Assembly: GCF_001598795.1 (NCBI RefSeq)
Contig: NZ_BCZP01000011.1
Coordinates: 180,001 to 212,000, forward strand
DNA length: 32,000 bases
Direction of reading: 5' to 3'
Origin: Delftia acidovorans NBRC 14950
GTDB lineage: Bacteria > Pseudomonadota > Gammaproteobacteria > Burkholderiales > Burkholderiaceae_C
The position numbers and the translations under genes are program-made. A model generated the notes under the pieces. That model saw only the letters and a list, made by a program, of their open reading frames with translations, searched no databases and was not told where the DNA came from. This document shows positions 1 to 8,522 of this stretch, in pieces. How positions within the stretch are numbered: position 1 is the first letter of the stretch; each line of letters starts with the position of its first letter.

Positions 1-476
1 GCGATCACGCCCTCGATGGTCATGGGCATGTAGATCAGGACACGGTCGCCCTTTTGCACACCCTGCGCCTTGAGCGCGTTGGCGAACTGCGAGACGCGCT
101 CCAGCAGTTCGCGGTAGCTGACCTTGGTGACCTCGCCGCCATCGGCCTCGAAGATGATGGCCGTCTTGTGCTCGACGTCCGTGCCCATGTGCTTGTCCAG
201 GCAATTGGCGCTGGCGTTGAGTTCGCCGTCGGCGAACCAGCGGAAGAACGGGGGATTGCTGTCGTCCAGCACCTGGGTGAAGGGCTTGGACCAGACCACG
301 TTCTCGCGCGCCAGGCGGGCCCAGAAGCCCTGGTAGTCATTCTCTGCCTCGGCGCACAGCGCCTTGTACTGCTCCATGCCGGAGATGCGGGCCTTGGCGG
401 CGAAGTCTGCCGGCGGCGGGAAGACCCGGTTCTCCACCAGTACCGATTCAATGGGGGATGCTGTTGCGGTGCTCAT
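1..476 (-). CDS. acs: Acetyl-CoA synthetase (AMP-forming), N-terminal ~158 codons; 3' part lies outside the window
   Basis: The frame is open to the window edge, so it is absent from the ORF track. My translation of the minus strand from the ATG (complement of 474-476) gives [100 protein letters not shown]...[39 protein letters not shown]. This is the canonical Acs N-terminus. GGAGA sits 9 nt upstream of the ATG. Confidence 0.9.
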   Translation of the reverse strand, partial: MSTATASPIESVLVENRVFPPPADFAAKARISGMEQYKALCAEAENDYQGFWARLARENVVWSKPFTQVLDDSNPPFFRWFADGELNASANCLDKHMGTDVEHKTAIIFEADGGEVTKVSYRELLERVSQFANALKAQGVQKGDRVLIYMPMTIEGVI

Positions 477-606
477 GCTTGCTTGTCTCCTGGGCTGGCC
501 AAATAAAAATTGTGGTGTGACTGTCGGGGGCCGGTCTTACATGCCACTGACTGAAACCCCCTTGGGCGCGTCTACCTGGGGATTCCCCGCAGTTCCCGGC
601 TGTCAC

Positions 607-634
607 TGGCAATGGCCTGTTTCGCCGCTAAAAT
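607..634 (+). promoter_or_regulatory. Candidate sigma70 promoter for the yqhA-like gene (TGGCAA-16 nt-TAAAAT)
   Basis: TGGCAA at 607-612 and TAAAAT at 629-634. It lies inside the 5' extension of ORF 612..1316, which argues for the internal ATG at 708. Pattern match only. Confidence 0.3.
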
Positions 635-707
635 CGCGCGCCCGTTTTCCACGGCCATTGTCCCCTCCCATCCACGCTCCCACACCAGACAAGCGCGACC
701 GACCACC

Positions 708-1316
708 ATGGCCCGCCAGCAAAACTCCAATCGAGCCCCCGGCTCCCCCCTGCGTCCCCTGCCTTCCCTGATCTTCGCCAGCCGCTGGCTGCAGCTGCCG
801 CTGTACCTGGGCCTGATTGCCGCCCAGGGCGTCTATGTATGGCACTTCCTGCTCGAGTTGTGGCACCTGATCGAGGCCGCCTTCGGCAACCAGGAAGCGC
901 TGCAGGCGCTGATCACCAGCATCGGCTACAAGCACGATGCGCCCATCGGCGCGCTCAACGAAACCATCATCATGCTGGTGGTCCTGGCGCTGATCGACGT
1001 GGTGATGATCTCCAACCTGCTGATCATGGTCATCGTGGGCGGCTACGAGACCTTCGTCAGCCGCCTGGGCCTGGACAGCCACCCCGACCAGCCCGAGTGG
1101 CTGGGCCACGTGAACGCCTCCATCCTCAAGGTCAAGCTGGCCCTGTCCATCATCGGCATCAGCTCCATCCACCTGCTCAAGACCTTCATCAACGCGGGCA
1201 GCTACGACGTCAAGGTGCTGATGTGGCAGACCATCATCCACGTCACCTTCCTGGCCAGCGCCCTGGCCATCGCCTATACCGACAAGCTGATTAACAGCAC
1301 GGCCAGCAACCACTGA
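708..1316 (+). CDS. yqhA: UPF0114 family inner-membrane protein (YqhA-like)
   Basis: ORF 612..1316, trimmed to the ATG at 708 (MARQQNSN...). SRWLQLPLYLGL..., GGYETFVS and SSIHLLKTF resemble E. coli YqhA (ASRWLLAPVYFGL, SGYENFVS, SSIHLLRVF). The 612 start would add about 56 non-conserved residues before the first conserved motif. Confidence 0.8.
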   Translation: MARQQNSNRAPGSPLRPLPSLIFASRWLQLPLYLGLIAAQGVYVWHFLLELWHLIEAAFGNQEALQALITSIGYKHDAPIGALNETIIMLVVLALIDVVMISNLLIMVIVGGYETFVSRLGLDSHPDQPEWLGHVNASILKVKLALSIIGISSIHLLKTFINAGSYDVKVLMWQTIIHVTFLASALAIAYTDKLINSTASNH

Positions 1317-1339
1317 GCCCGTCGGCATCCCGCACCGAA

Positions 1340-1372
1340 GCCCCGCAGCGCCAGCCGCTGCGGGGCTTTTTT
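1340..1372 (+). terminator. Rho-independent terminator after the yqhA-like gene
   Basis: GCCCCGCAGCG (1340-1350), loop CCAGC, CGCTGCGGGGC (1356-1366), then TTTTTT (1367-1372). Confidence 0.85.
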
Positions 1373-1625
1373 CATGGACGGAAGCGGACGACGGGTCGGA
1401 CACCTGCTGGCGCCCGGCCGGCCAGCGCCCCAGGCACGCTTTTTGCCGCAGATCGGACCTGAAGCTTTCCTCAAGCTGACGCTTGACCGATTTTATTCAT
1501 CGATGACAGCATATGCCTTGTGAATAATGGCTCATCCGCTCTCATTAAGTGAGCAAATACTGACCGGATTCCAGCCCCCAAGGGCTTGAAACAGCCCAAA
1601 ACAGGCCTTCTTCGGCTCATGCGTT

Positions 1626-1654
1626 TTGACGCAGTAAAACCTGTTTTATATAAT
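1626..1654 (+). promoter_or_regulatory. Near-consensus sigma70 promoter (TTGACG-17 nt-TATAAT) about 400 nt upstream of proV
   Basis: TTGACG at 1626-1631, a 17-nt spacer, and TATAAT at 1649-1654. It sits at the edge of an AT-rich patch (hand count 26/60 G+C for 1501-1560). Confidence 0.55.
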
Positions 1655-2059
1655 TTCGGCTTCTTTACAACCTGCCAAGCAGGTCATCGGCACCGTCTTC
1701 ACGGCCTGCCGATACACCCCGGCGGATCGTTGTGCTCCCGGCACAGCCCCGTCAACCGGGCCGAAACTCGGTCCTGATGTTGTGGGGCATCGCGCTGGCT
1801 GATCTTCAGCCACGATGCCCGACTGAGACACCGCGCGCCTCGCCGCCGGCTGCTCTCGACTTCTGGCTCTTGCGCACCGCTTCGCGTGCCATCCGAGCCG
1901 CCTCGGGTGCTTTCGCACCTGTTTGAATCCCAGCAACGGGGGACGGCAGTCCTCTGCAGCGAACGGCATCAGGGCTTCATTTTTGGCTTGCGCGCCAGCG
2001 TCTTCGCTCGTCGAGGACGCTGGACTGTGTTCCATCTCACCCAAAAGGAGAACGCCACA

Positions 2060-3394
2060 GTGGCCAAGCAGATCATCATCGATCATGTGTTCAAGGTGTT
2101 CGGGGACGACCCCAAGACCGCACTCGACCTCGTCCAACAGGGCCTGAGCAAACAGGAGATCCTGGAGCGCACGGGCCAGTCCATCGGCGTGTTCGACGCC
2201 AATTTCACCATCGAGGCCGGCGAGATCTTCGTCGTCATGGGCCTGTCGGGCTCGGGCAAGTCCACCCTGGTGCGCATGCTCAATCGCCTCATCGAGCCCA
2301 CGGCCGGGCGCATCGTGGTCGATGGCCAGGACATCAACGCCCTGAGCGAGCGCGATCTGCGCGCGCTGCGCCGCAAGGACATTTCCATGGTGTTCCAGTC
2401 CTTTGCGCTGATGCCGCACATGACGGTGCTGGACAACACGGCCTTCGGCCTGGAGCTGGCCGGCGCAGACAAGGCCGAGCGCCAGACACAGGCCCAGGCC
2501 GCGCTGGAGCAGGTGGGCCTGGGCGCCTGGGGCGCCAGCTACCCCGACGAGCTGTCGGGCGGCATGCAGCAGCGCGTGGGCCTGGCCCGGGCGCTGGCGT
2601 CCGATCCGTCCATCCTGCTGATGGACGAGGCCTTCTCGGCCCTGGACCCCATCATCCGCACGGAGATGCAGTCCGAGCTGCTGCGCCTGCAGCAGATCCA
2701 GCGCCGCACCATCGTCTTCATCTCGCATGACCTGGACGAGGCCATGCGCATCGGCGACCGCATCGCCATCATGAAGGACGGCCAGGTGATCCAGGTCGGC
2801 ACGCCCGACGAGATCCTGCGCAGCCCTGCCGACGACTATGTGCGCAGCTTCGTGCGCGGTGTGGACGCGGCCTCGGTCTTCAAGGCCGGCGACATCGCAC
2901 GTCAGGCGCTGACCGTGGTGTCCGAGCACAGCGACCGCGGCTGCCGCGCAGCCCAGCGCCTGCTGGAAGACTCCGACCGCGACTACGCCTATGTGGTCAA
3001 CGCGCGCCGCCGCTTCCTGGGCGTGGTCTCCTCGCAGTCGCTGCGCGACGCACTGCATGGCCGCCCGGGCATGCTGGGCCTGAGCCACGCCTTCCTGCCC
3101 AACGTGCAGCCGCTGTCCGCAGGCACGCCGGTGGCCGAGCTGTTCGGCCCCGTGGCCGCCGCGCCCTGCGCGCTGCCGGTGACCAGCGACGACGGCCAGT
3201 TCATGGGCGTGGTCAGCCGCACCACCATGCTGCGCTTCCTGGACCGCGACACGCCGCCCGTGCCGCCGCCGCAGGAGATCGTGCCGCCGGTCACGCTCAA
3301 CCCGCATTTCCCGGCCTCCAACGCTCCCACCGTCGCCCCCACCGTCGCGCCGACCGTGGAGCCGATTGAACAACGACAAGGAGATGCCGCATGA
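2060..3394 (+). CDS. proV: Glycine betaine/proline ABC transporter ATP-binding protein ProV (ABC domain plus tandem CBS region, APTV-repeat tail)
   Basis: ORF 1886..3394, trimmed to the GTG at 2060, which follows AAGGAG (2045-2050). Walker [10 protein letters not shown], signature [15 protein letters not shown], Walker [14 protein letters not shown]-terminus (M)[14 protein letters not shown] is typical of ProV/OpuAA. Confidence 0.93.
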   Translation: MAKQIIIDHVFKVFGDDPKTALDLVQQGLSKQEILERTGQSIGVFDANFTIEAGEIFVVMGLSGSGKSTLVRMLNRLIEPTAGRIVVDGQDINALSERDLRALRRKDISMVFQSFALMPHMTVLDNTAFGLELAGADKAERQTQAQAALEQVGLGAWGASYPDELSGGMQQRVGLARALASDPSILLMDEAFSALDPIIRTEMQSELLRLQQIQRRTIVFISHDLDEAMRIGDRIAIMKDGQVIQVGTPDEILRSPADDYVRSFVRGVDAASVFKAGDIARQALTVVSEHSDRGCRAAQRLLEDSDRDYAYVVNARRRFLGVVSSQSLRDALHGRPGMLGLSHAFLPNVQPLSAGTPVAELFGPVAAAPCALPVTSDDGQFMGVVSRTTMLRFLDRDTPPVPPPQEIVPPVTLNPHFPASNAPTVAPTVAPTVEPIEQRQGDAA

Positions 3395-4590
3395 GCGATG
3401 CAACCAACAGCCTGAACCCGAACACCGCCGCTGCCGCCACCGATCCCTGGGCGGATGCGAGCGCAGCCCCTGCCTCCACCGATTCCGCAGCCTCTGCAGC
3501 CTCTGCAAGTGCCGATCCCTGGGCAACCGCCGCCACGCCGGCACCCGATGCCTCGGCCGATCCCTGGGGCGCCGCCAGCGGCGGTGATGCCGCAGGCGGT
3601 GACTGGCTGGGCGCCTCGGCCGGCTCGGGCGTTCCCGACGACGCCCATGCCAGCCTCTGGCACCAATTGACCACCGACGGCCTGCCCGTGCAGGGCTGGA
3701 TCAACAGCGGCCTGGAATGGGTGGTCCACCATTTCCGTCCCTTCTTCCAGGCCGTGCGCACACCCATCGACGGCACGCTGTCGGGCATCACCGATGCCAT
3801 GCTGGCCCTGCCCTGGCCGCTGCTGATCCTGATCCTGACCCTGGTGGCCTGGCAGTTCGCGGGCCGCGCCATGGCCATTGGCGCCGCCGTCTCGCTGGTG
3901 GTGGTCGCCATGCTGGGCATCTGGCCCGAGGCCATGGTGACGCTGTCCCTGGTGCTGACCTCGCTGGTGTTCTGCATGGTCATCGGCCTGCCCGCGGGGA
4001 TTTTGCTGGCCTCCAGCGACCGTGCGCAGCGCTGGACACGCCCGCTGCTCGACGCCATGCAGACCACGCCGGCCTTCGTCTACCTGGTGCCCGTGGTGAT
4101 GCTGTTCGGCATCGGCAACGTGCCCGGCGTGATCGTGACCATCATCTTCGCGCTGCCGCCGCTGATCCGCCTGACCAACCTGGGCATCCGCCAGGTGCGC
4201 CCCGACCTGATCGAAGCCAGCCGCGCCTATGGCGCATCGCCCTGGCAGTTGCTGTGGAAGGTGCAGCTGCCGCTGGCCATGCCGTCCATCATGGCGGGCG
4301 TGAACCAGGCGCTGATGCTGTCGCTGTCCATGGTGGTGATCGCCTCCATGATCGCCGTGGGCGGCCTGGGCCAGATGGTGCTGCGCGGCATCGGCCGCCT
4401 GGACATGGGTCTGGCCACCGTGGGCGGACTGGGCATCGTGCTGCTGGCCATCGTGCTGGACCGCATCACCCAGGCCATGGGGCAAACGACCCGTGGCGGT
4501 GCGCGCTGGTGGCACAGCGGCCCCGCCGGCTGCATTGCCCGCCTGCTGGGCGCCGGCAACAAGCCGGTCCATCGCGGCAGTACCAGCTGA
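3391..4590 (+). CDS. proW: Glycine betaine/proline ABC transporter permease ProW with a ~100-aa low-complexity N-terminal extension
   Basis: The ATG at 3391 overlaps the proV TGA (ATGA). Permease EAA-loop region [31 protein letters not shown]-terminal [14 protein letters not shown] resembles the E. coli ProW tail RWYTTGPVGLLTR. Confidence 0.93.
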   Translation: MSDATNSLNPNTAAAATDPWADASAAPASTDSAASAASASADPWATAATPAPDASADPWGAASGGDAAGGDWLGASAGSGVPDDAHASLWHQLTTDGLPVQGWINSGLEWVVHHFRPFFQAVRTPIDGTLSGITDAMLALPWPLLILILTLVAWQFAGRAMAIGAAVSLVVVAMLGIWPEAMVTLSLVLTSLVFCMVIGLPAGILLASSDRAQRWTRPLLDAMQTTPAFVYLVPVVMLFGIGNVPGVIVTIIFALPPLIRLTNLGIRQVRPDLIEASRAYGASPWQLLWKVQLPLAMPSIMAGVNQALMLSLSMVVIASMIAVGGLGQMVLRGIGRLDMGLATVGGLGIVLLAIVLDRITQAMGQTTRGGARWWHSGPAGCIARLLGAGNKPVHRGSTS

Positions 4591-4700
4591 ATGCCTTCAC
4601 TGCGGCGCGGATGGGCCCACTGCCGCGCCGCCTTCCCGAAAAGCGGCCAGCCACGCTGGCCGCCCACTCCCCTTTCATCACACAACGGAGGAACCCGAGG

Positions 4701-5747
4701 ATGAACCAAGCCCTGAACCACAACCGACTGCCAACTGCCGCTGCCAGCCACTGGCTGCGCACCGCCACGATGGCTGCCGGCATCGCACTGGCCTGCGCAG
4801 GCGCATCGGCCGCCAGCGACCAGCCCGGCAAGGGCGTGAAGGTGTCGCCGCTCAAGAGCTCCATCGCCGAAGAAAGCTTCCAGACCCTGATCGTCATGAA
4901 GGCCCTGGAGAAGCTGGGCTACGACGTGCAGCCCTTCCAGGAAGTCGAGTACCCCACGGCCCACGTGGCGATTGCCAATGGCGACGCCACCTTCCTGGCC
5001 ACGCACTGGAACCCGCTGCACGCCGACTACTACAAGAACGCGGGCGGCGACGCCAAGCTGTTCCGCAAGGGCGTGTACTCGGACAACGCCGCCCAGGGCT
5101 ATCTGATCGACAAGAAGACGGCCGACGAATACAAGATCACCAATATCGGCCAGTTGAAGGACCCCAAGATCGCCAAGCTGTTCGACTCGGACGGCGACGG
5201 CAAGGCCGACCTCACCGGCTGCACGCCGGGCTGGGGCTGCGAGGCCGTGATCGAGCACCACCTGACGGCCTACAAGCTGCGTGACACCGTGACCCACAAG
5301 CAGGGCACGTACTCGGCGCTGATCGCCGACACCATCTCGCGCTACAAGGCCGGCAAGCCCATCCTCTACTACACCTGGACGCCCTACTGGGTGAGCAACG
5401 TGCTCAAGCCCGGCAAGGACGTGGTGTGGCTGGAGGTGCCCTTCTCCTCGCTGCCCGGCGAGCAGGCCAAGTTCGATACCAAGCTGCCCAACGGCAAGAA
5501 CTACGGCTTCGTGGTGAACAAGCAGCAGATCGTGGCCAACAAGGCCTTCACCGACAAGCATCCCGACGCCGGCAAGCTGTTCGAGCTGATGCAGCTGCCC
5601 GTGGGCGACATCAGCGCGCAGAACCACATGATGAGCCAGGGCCAGAACAAGCCCTCGGACATCAACCGCCATGTGGACGGCTGGATCAAGGCCCACCAGA
5701 AGACCTTCGACGGCTGGCTCGAACAGGCCCGCGCCGCAGCCCGCTGA
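4701..5747 (+). CDS. proX: Glycine betaine/proline ABC transporter periplasmic substrate-binding protein ProX
   Basis: Tail of ORF 3717..5747, starting at the ATG at 4701 after GGAGGA (4687-4692). Signal peptide ([16 protein letters not shown]). [19 protein letters not shown] and YYTWTPYWV are ProX-like motifs. Confidence 0.92.
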   Translation: MNQALNHNRLPTAAASHWLRTATMAAGIALACAGASAASDQPGKGVKVSPLKSSIAEESFQTLIVMKALEKLGYDVQPFQEVEYPTAHVAIANGDATFLATHWNPLHADYYKNAGGDAKLFRKGVYSDNAAQGYLIDKKTADEYKITNIGQLKDPKIAKLFDSDGDGKADLTGCTPGWGCEAVIEHHLTAYKLRDTVTHKQGTYSALIADTISRYKAGKPILYYTWTPYWVSNVLKPGKDVVWLEVPFSSLPGEQAKFDTKLPNGKNYGFVVNKQQIVANKAFTDKHPDAGKLFELMQLPVGDISAQNHMMSQGQNKPSDINRHVDGWIKAHQKTFDGWLEQARAAAR

Positions 5748-5805
5748 ACGCTGCGGGGGGAGCCGCTCCAGGCGTTCCCCCGGCTTCCTGCTTCAAAGGC
5801 CCGCT

Positions 5806-7533
5806 TCAAAGGCCCGCTTCGGCGGGCCTTTTGAACATGCGCAGGGCGATGGCCGTGACCACCACGCCCGCCACCAGCGCCACCGCATACATGGCCACGT
5901 GGGTCACGGCGTTGGGAATGGGCGCGACGAAGATGCCGCCATGCGGCACCTTCAGCTCCACACCCGCCAGCATGGACACGGCACCGGCCACGGCCGAGCC
6001 CAGCACCAGGGCCGGAATCGTGCGCAGCGGATCGCGCGCCGCGTAGGGAATGGCCCCCTCGGTGACAAAGGCCAGGCCCAGCACGCCGGCCGAGGCGGCG
6101 CTGCCGCGCTCCTCGCGCGTGAAGCGGTCGGCGAACAGGCGCGTGGCCAGGGCCAGCCCCAGCGGCGGCGTCATGCCGGCGATCATGGCTGCGGCCATGG
6201 GCGTGTAGACCTGGCTCGCGATCATTCCCGTGGAAAACGCATAGGCGGCCTTGTTCACCGGCCCGCCCATGTCAAAGGCCATCATCGCGCCCAGCAACAG
6301 GCCCAGCAGCAAGGCACTGGCGCCCTGCATGCCGCGCAGCCAGGCGCTCAGCCACTGCAGCAGCTCGGCCACGGGCGCACCAACCAGATAGAACATCAGC
6401 AGCCCCGTGAACAGGCTTCCCAGCACAGGCAGGATCAGCATGGGCAGCAGGCCCTTGAGCGCCTGCGGCAGCCGGATGTGCGCCGCCATGAAGGCCACGG
6501 CATAGCCGGCGATGAAGCCGGCCGCGATGCCGCCGATGAAGCCTGCGCCCATGCTGGACGCGATCATCCCGCCGATCATGCCCGGCGCAATGCCGGGCCG
6601 GTCGGCAATGGAATAGGCGATATAGCCGGCCAGCGCCGGCACCATCAGCGCAAAGCCGCCCTTGGCGCCGATCTGGAACAGCGTCCATCCCAGCGTGCCC
6701 TGGTGCGCATCGTCATGGACATAGATGCCGCCCAGCGCAAAAGCCATGGCGATCAGAATGCCGCCCGCCGTGACGAAGGGCAGCATGAAGGACACGCCGG
6801 TCATCAGGTGGCGATAGGCACCGCCCTGGGTCCGGGCCGGCGTGGGCGCGGCGCCGCCTGCAGCAGCGCCCACGGCGGCACCATGCACGGTGGCTTCGGC
6901 CAGCGCCTTGGCGATCAGCCCCGAGCCGTCGCGTATGGCCGGCTTGGTGCCGCTGCGCAGCAGCGGCTTGCCCGCGAAGCGCGAAAGATCGACCTCGCGG
7001 TCGGCGGCGATGATGACCAGGTCGGCCTCGGCAATCTCCTGCGGCGTCAGCGCATCGAGCGCGCCCACCGAGCCTTGCGTCTCCACGCGCATGGCGTGGC
7101 CCAGCGCCGCCGCGCCGCGCTGCAGTCCCTCGGCCGCCATGAAGGTATGGGCGATGCCCGTGGGGCAGGAGGTGACGGCCACGATCCGCTTGCCCGTGCG
7201 CTGTACTGCGGGACTGGCGGCAGCGCAGCGTGCAAGCACGCCGGCTGGATCGTCGAGCGCCTCGCGCAGGCTGCAGCGCTCGACGGCGGCCTGCACGAAG
7301 CGGGAGGCATCGGCGGCGGTGTCTGCATCGTCATCGGTGCCGGCATCCCCCACGATCAGCAATTGCCCGGCCTGCGCGGCGGCATCGGCCGCATGCAGCC
7401 CGATCACACCGCCGCTGGCGCGCACTTCCACGGCCAAGGGACGCTGTCCGGCCGCATGGCGCAGGGCTTCGGCGGCCAGCAGCGCTTCGGCGTCGTGCCC
7501 GGCCGCTGCGATCACCACAAAAAGAGGGTTCAT
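5806..7533 (-). CDS. fruA: PTS fructose-specific EIIB'BC component
   Basis: ORF 5806..7782, trimmed to the ATG at 7533 (MNPLFVVIAAAG...) after AGGAG. EIIB cysteine motif VTSCPTGIAHTFMAAE, followed by a long polytopic EIIC region. Confidence 0.93.
   Translation of the reverse strand: MNPLFVVIAAAGHDAEALLAAEALRHAAGQRPLAVEVRASGGVIGLHAADAAAQAGQLLIVGDAGTDDDADTAADASRFVQAAVERCSLREALDDPAGVLARCAAASPAVQRTGKRIVAVTSCPTGIAHTFMAAEGLQRGAAALGHAMRVETQGSVGALDALTPQEIAEADLVIIAADREVDLSRFAGKPLLRSGTKPAIRDGSGLIAKALAEATVHGAAVGAAAGGAAPTPARTQGGAYRHLMTGVSFMLPFVTAGGILIAMAFALGGIYVHDDAHQGTLGWTLFQIGAKGGFALMVPALAGYIAYSIADRPGIAPGMIGGMIASSMGAGFIGGIAAGFIAGYAVAFMAAHIRLPQALKGLLPMLILPVLGSLFTGLLMFYLVGAPVAELLQWLSAWLRGMQGASALLLGLLLGAMMAFDMGGPVNKAAYAFSTGMIASQVYTPMAAAMIAGMTPPLGLALATRLFADRFTREERGSAASAGVLGLAFVTEGAIPYAARDPLRTIPALVLGSAVAGAVSMLAGVELKVPHGGIFVAPIPNAVTHVAMYAVALVAGVVVTAIALRMFKRPAEAGL
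5808..5832. terminator. Hairpin terminator at the convergent proX/fruA junction, embedded in the last 8 codons of fruA
   Basis: AAAGGCCCGC-TTCG-GCGGGCCTTT followed by T. On the minus strand the same bases encode KRPAEAGL-stop of fruA. Preceded by a direct duplication of CAAAGGCCCGCTTC. Confidence 0.6.
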
Positions 7534-7556
7534 GAGAGCTCCTGAAGAATGGGGGA

Positions 7557-8522
7557 TCACGGCCACTGGCATGGCTCCAGCAGCACGCTGGCGGCCAGGG
7601 CCTGGACGCGGTCGGCATCGACTTCGCGCGCGGGCGCTGCCTGCAGCCAGGCCAGCGCGCTGGCCGTGGACAGGCGTGCGGTGTCCGCCAGATCCAGTCC
7701 GCGCAGCCGCGCGGCCACCATGCCCGCGACCATGGCATCGCCCGCGCCCACGGAGCTGCCGCGCGCGCGCTGCGGCGGCCACGCGATCACCGCGCCTTGC
7801 GCGCTGGCAAACAGCGCGCCCTCCTCGCCCATGGAAACCACGGCCAGCCCCAGCCCCCTGTCCAGCAAGCTGCGCGCGGCGGCCAGCAGCGCGTCGCGGC
7901 CGTCCAGGCGCAGGCCGGTGGCGGCCTGCAACTCCTCCCGGTTGGGCTTGATGGCCCAGGGCATGGCCGCATGGGGGGCCGTCGCCAGGGCGGCGGCCAG
8001 GGGGGCCTCGCTGGTGTCCAGCAGCACATAGGCACCGGCGGCCACGGCCTGAGCCTGGAGCCGGGCCCAGCTGTCCGCAGGCAGGCCGGCCGGCAGGCTG
8101 CCCGACAGCACCACGGCCAGGCCGGGCCGCAGATACCGGGCCAGCGCGGCCATGACGGCGTCCAGATGCGCTTCGGCCAACACCAGGCCCGGCAGGTTGA
8201 TGTCCGTGGTCTGGCGTCCGCCGTCGGCCACCAGCTTGATGTTGGTGCGCGTCTGGCCCGGCACGCGCAGGCAGGCGTCGGCAATGCCGCGCTGGGCGAA
8301 CAAGGCCTCGAACATGCCGGCGTTGTCGCTGCCCAGCACGCCCAGCGCGGCCGTGGAAACGCCCAGGCCCGCCAAGGCGGCGGCGACATTGATGCCCTTG
8401 CCGCCCGGCGCCTGCACGCTGCCCAATGCGCGCTGCACTTGGCCGGGCAGCAGCGCATCCAGGGTCACGAGCTGGTCTATGGCCGGGTTCAGGGTCATGG
8501 TGATGGCTTGCGGGGCGTTCAT
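7557..8522 (-). CDS. fruK: 1-phosphofructokinase (PfkB family)
   Basis: PGGKGINVA and GAGDAMVAG PfkB signatures. Its ATG overlaps the fruB stop (ATGA at 8519-8522). It ends 23 nt upstream of fruA. Confidence 0.92.
   Translation of the reverse strand: MNAPQAITMTLNPAIDQLVTLDALLPGQVQRALGSVQAPGGKGINVAAALAGLGVSTAALGVLGSDNAGMFEALFAQRGIADACLRVPGQTRTNIKLVADGGRQTTDINLPGLVLAEAHLDAVMAALARYLRPGLAVVLSGSLPAGLPADSWARLQAQAVAAGAYVLLDTSEAPLAAALATAPHAAMPWAIKPNREELQAATGLRLDGRDALLAAARSLLDRGLGLAVVSMGEEGALFASAQGAVIAWPPQRARGSSVGAGDAMVAGMVAARLRGLDLADTARLSTASALAWLQAAPAREVDADRVQALAASVLLEPCQWP

Noticed and set aside
612-707. Upstream extension of the yqhA-like ORF. Analogous N-terminal extensions occur at 1886-2059 (proV), 7534-7782 (fruA), 13863-14153 (SulP), 14501-14620 (ParB-like), 14458-14640 (CheX-like), 19718-19954 (fumC), 24464-24868 (YgjP-like), 25123-25293 (acidic protein) and 30003-30041 (lon).
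   Set aside because: The internal starts fit SD sequences, gene overlaps or homologue N-termini. The extensions are non-conserved-looking, overlap promoters or neighbouring genes, or have poor third-position GC.
1586-1926. Small ORFs in the proV upstream region (1586..1777, 1732..1926), considered as possible leader peptides or genes.
   Set aside because: They have no SD, their composition is shadow-like (Arg/Pro/Ser-rich), and one spans the candidate promoter itself.
1655-2059. An attempt to assign the proV leader to a known riboswitch class (c-di-AMP/ydaO, glycine, and others).
   Set aside because: I could not recognise the conserved cores of those classes by eye. It is reported only as an unclassified structured leader.
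1646-3544. 632-aa ORF antisense to proV. The same applies to similar long ORFs at 2989..4572(-), 4227..5696(-), 5671..7545(+), 6842..7951(+), 7797..9269(+), 8747..11047(+), 9334..11055(-), 11092..12207(-), 12297..13904(+), 13667..14644(+), 18311..19852(+), 19836..21602(-), 21627..22937(-), 27591..29969(+) and 30090..31289(+).
   Set aside because: These are typical high-GC shadow ORFs. Their translations are Arg/Gly/Ala/His/Gln-rich with no recognisable motifs, and each overlaps, on the opposite strand or in another frame, a gene with unmistakable family signatures.
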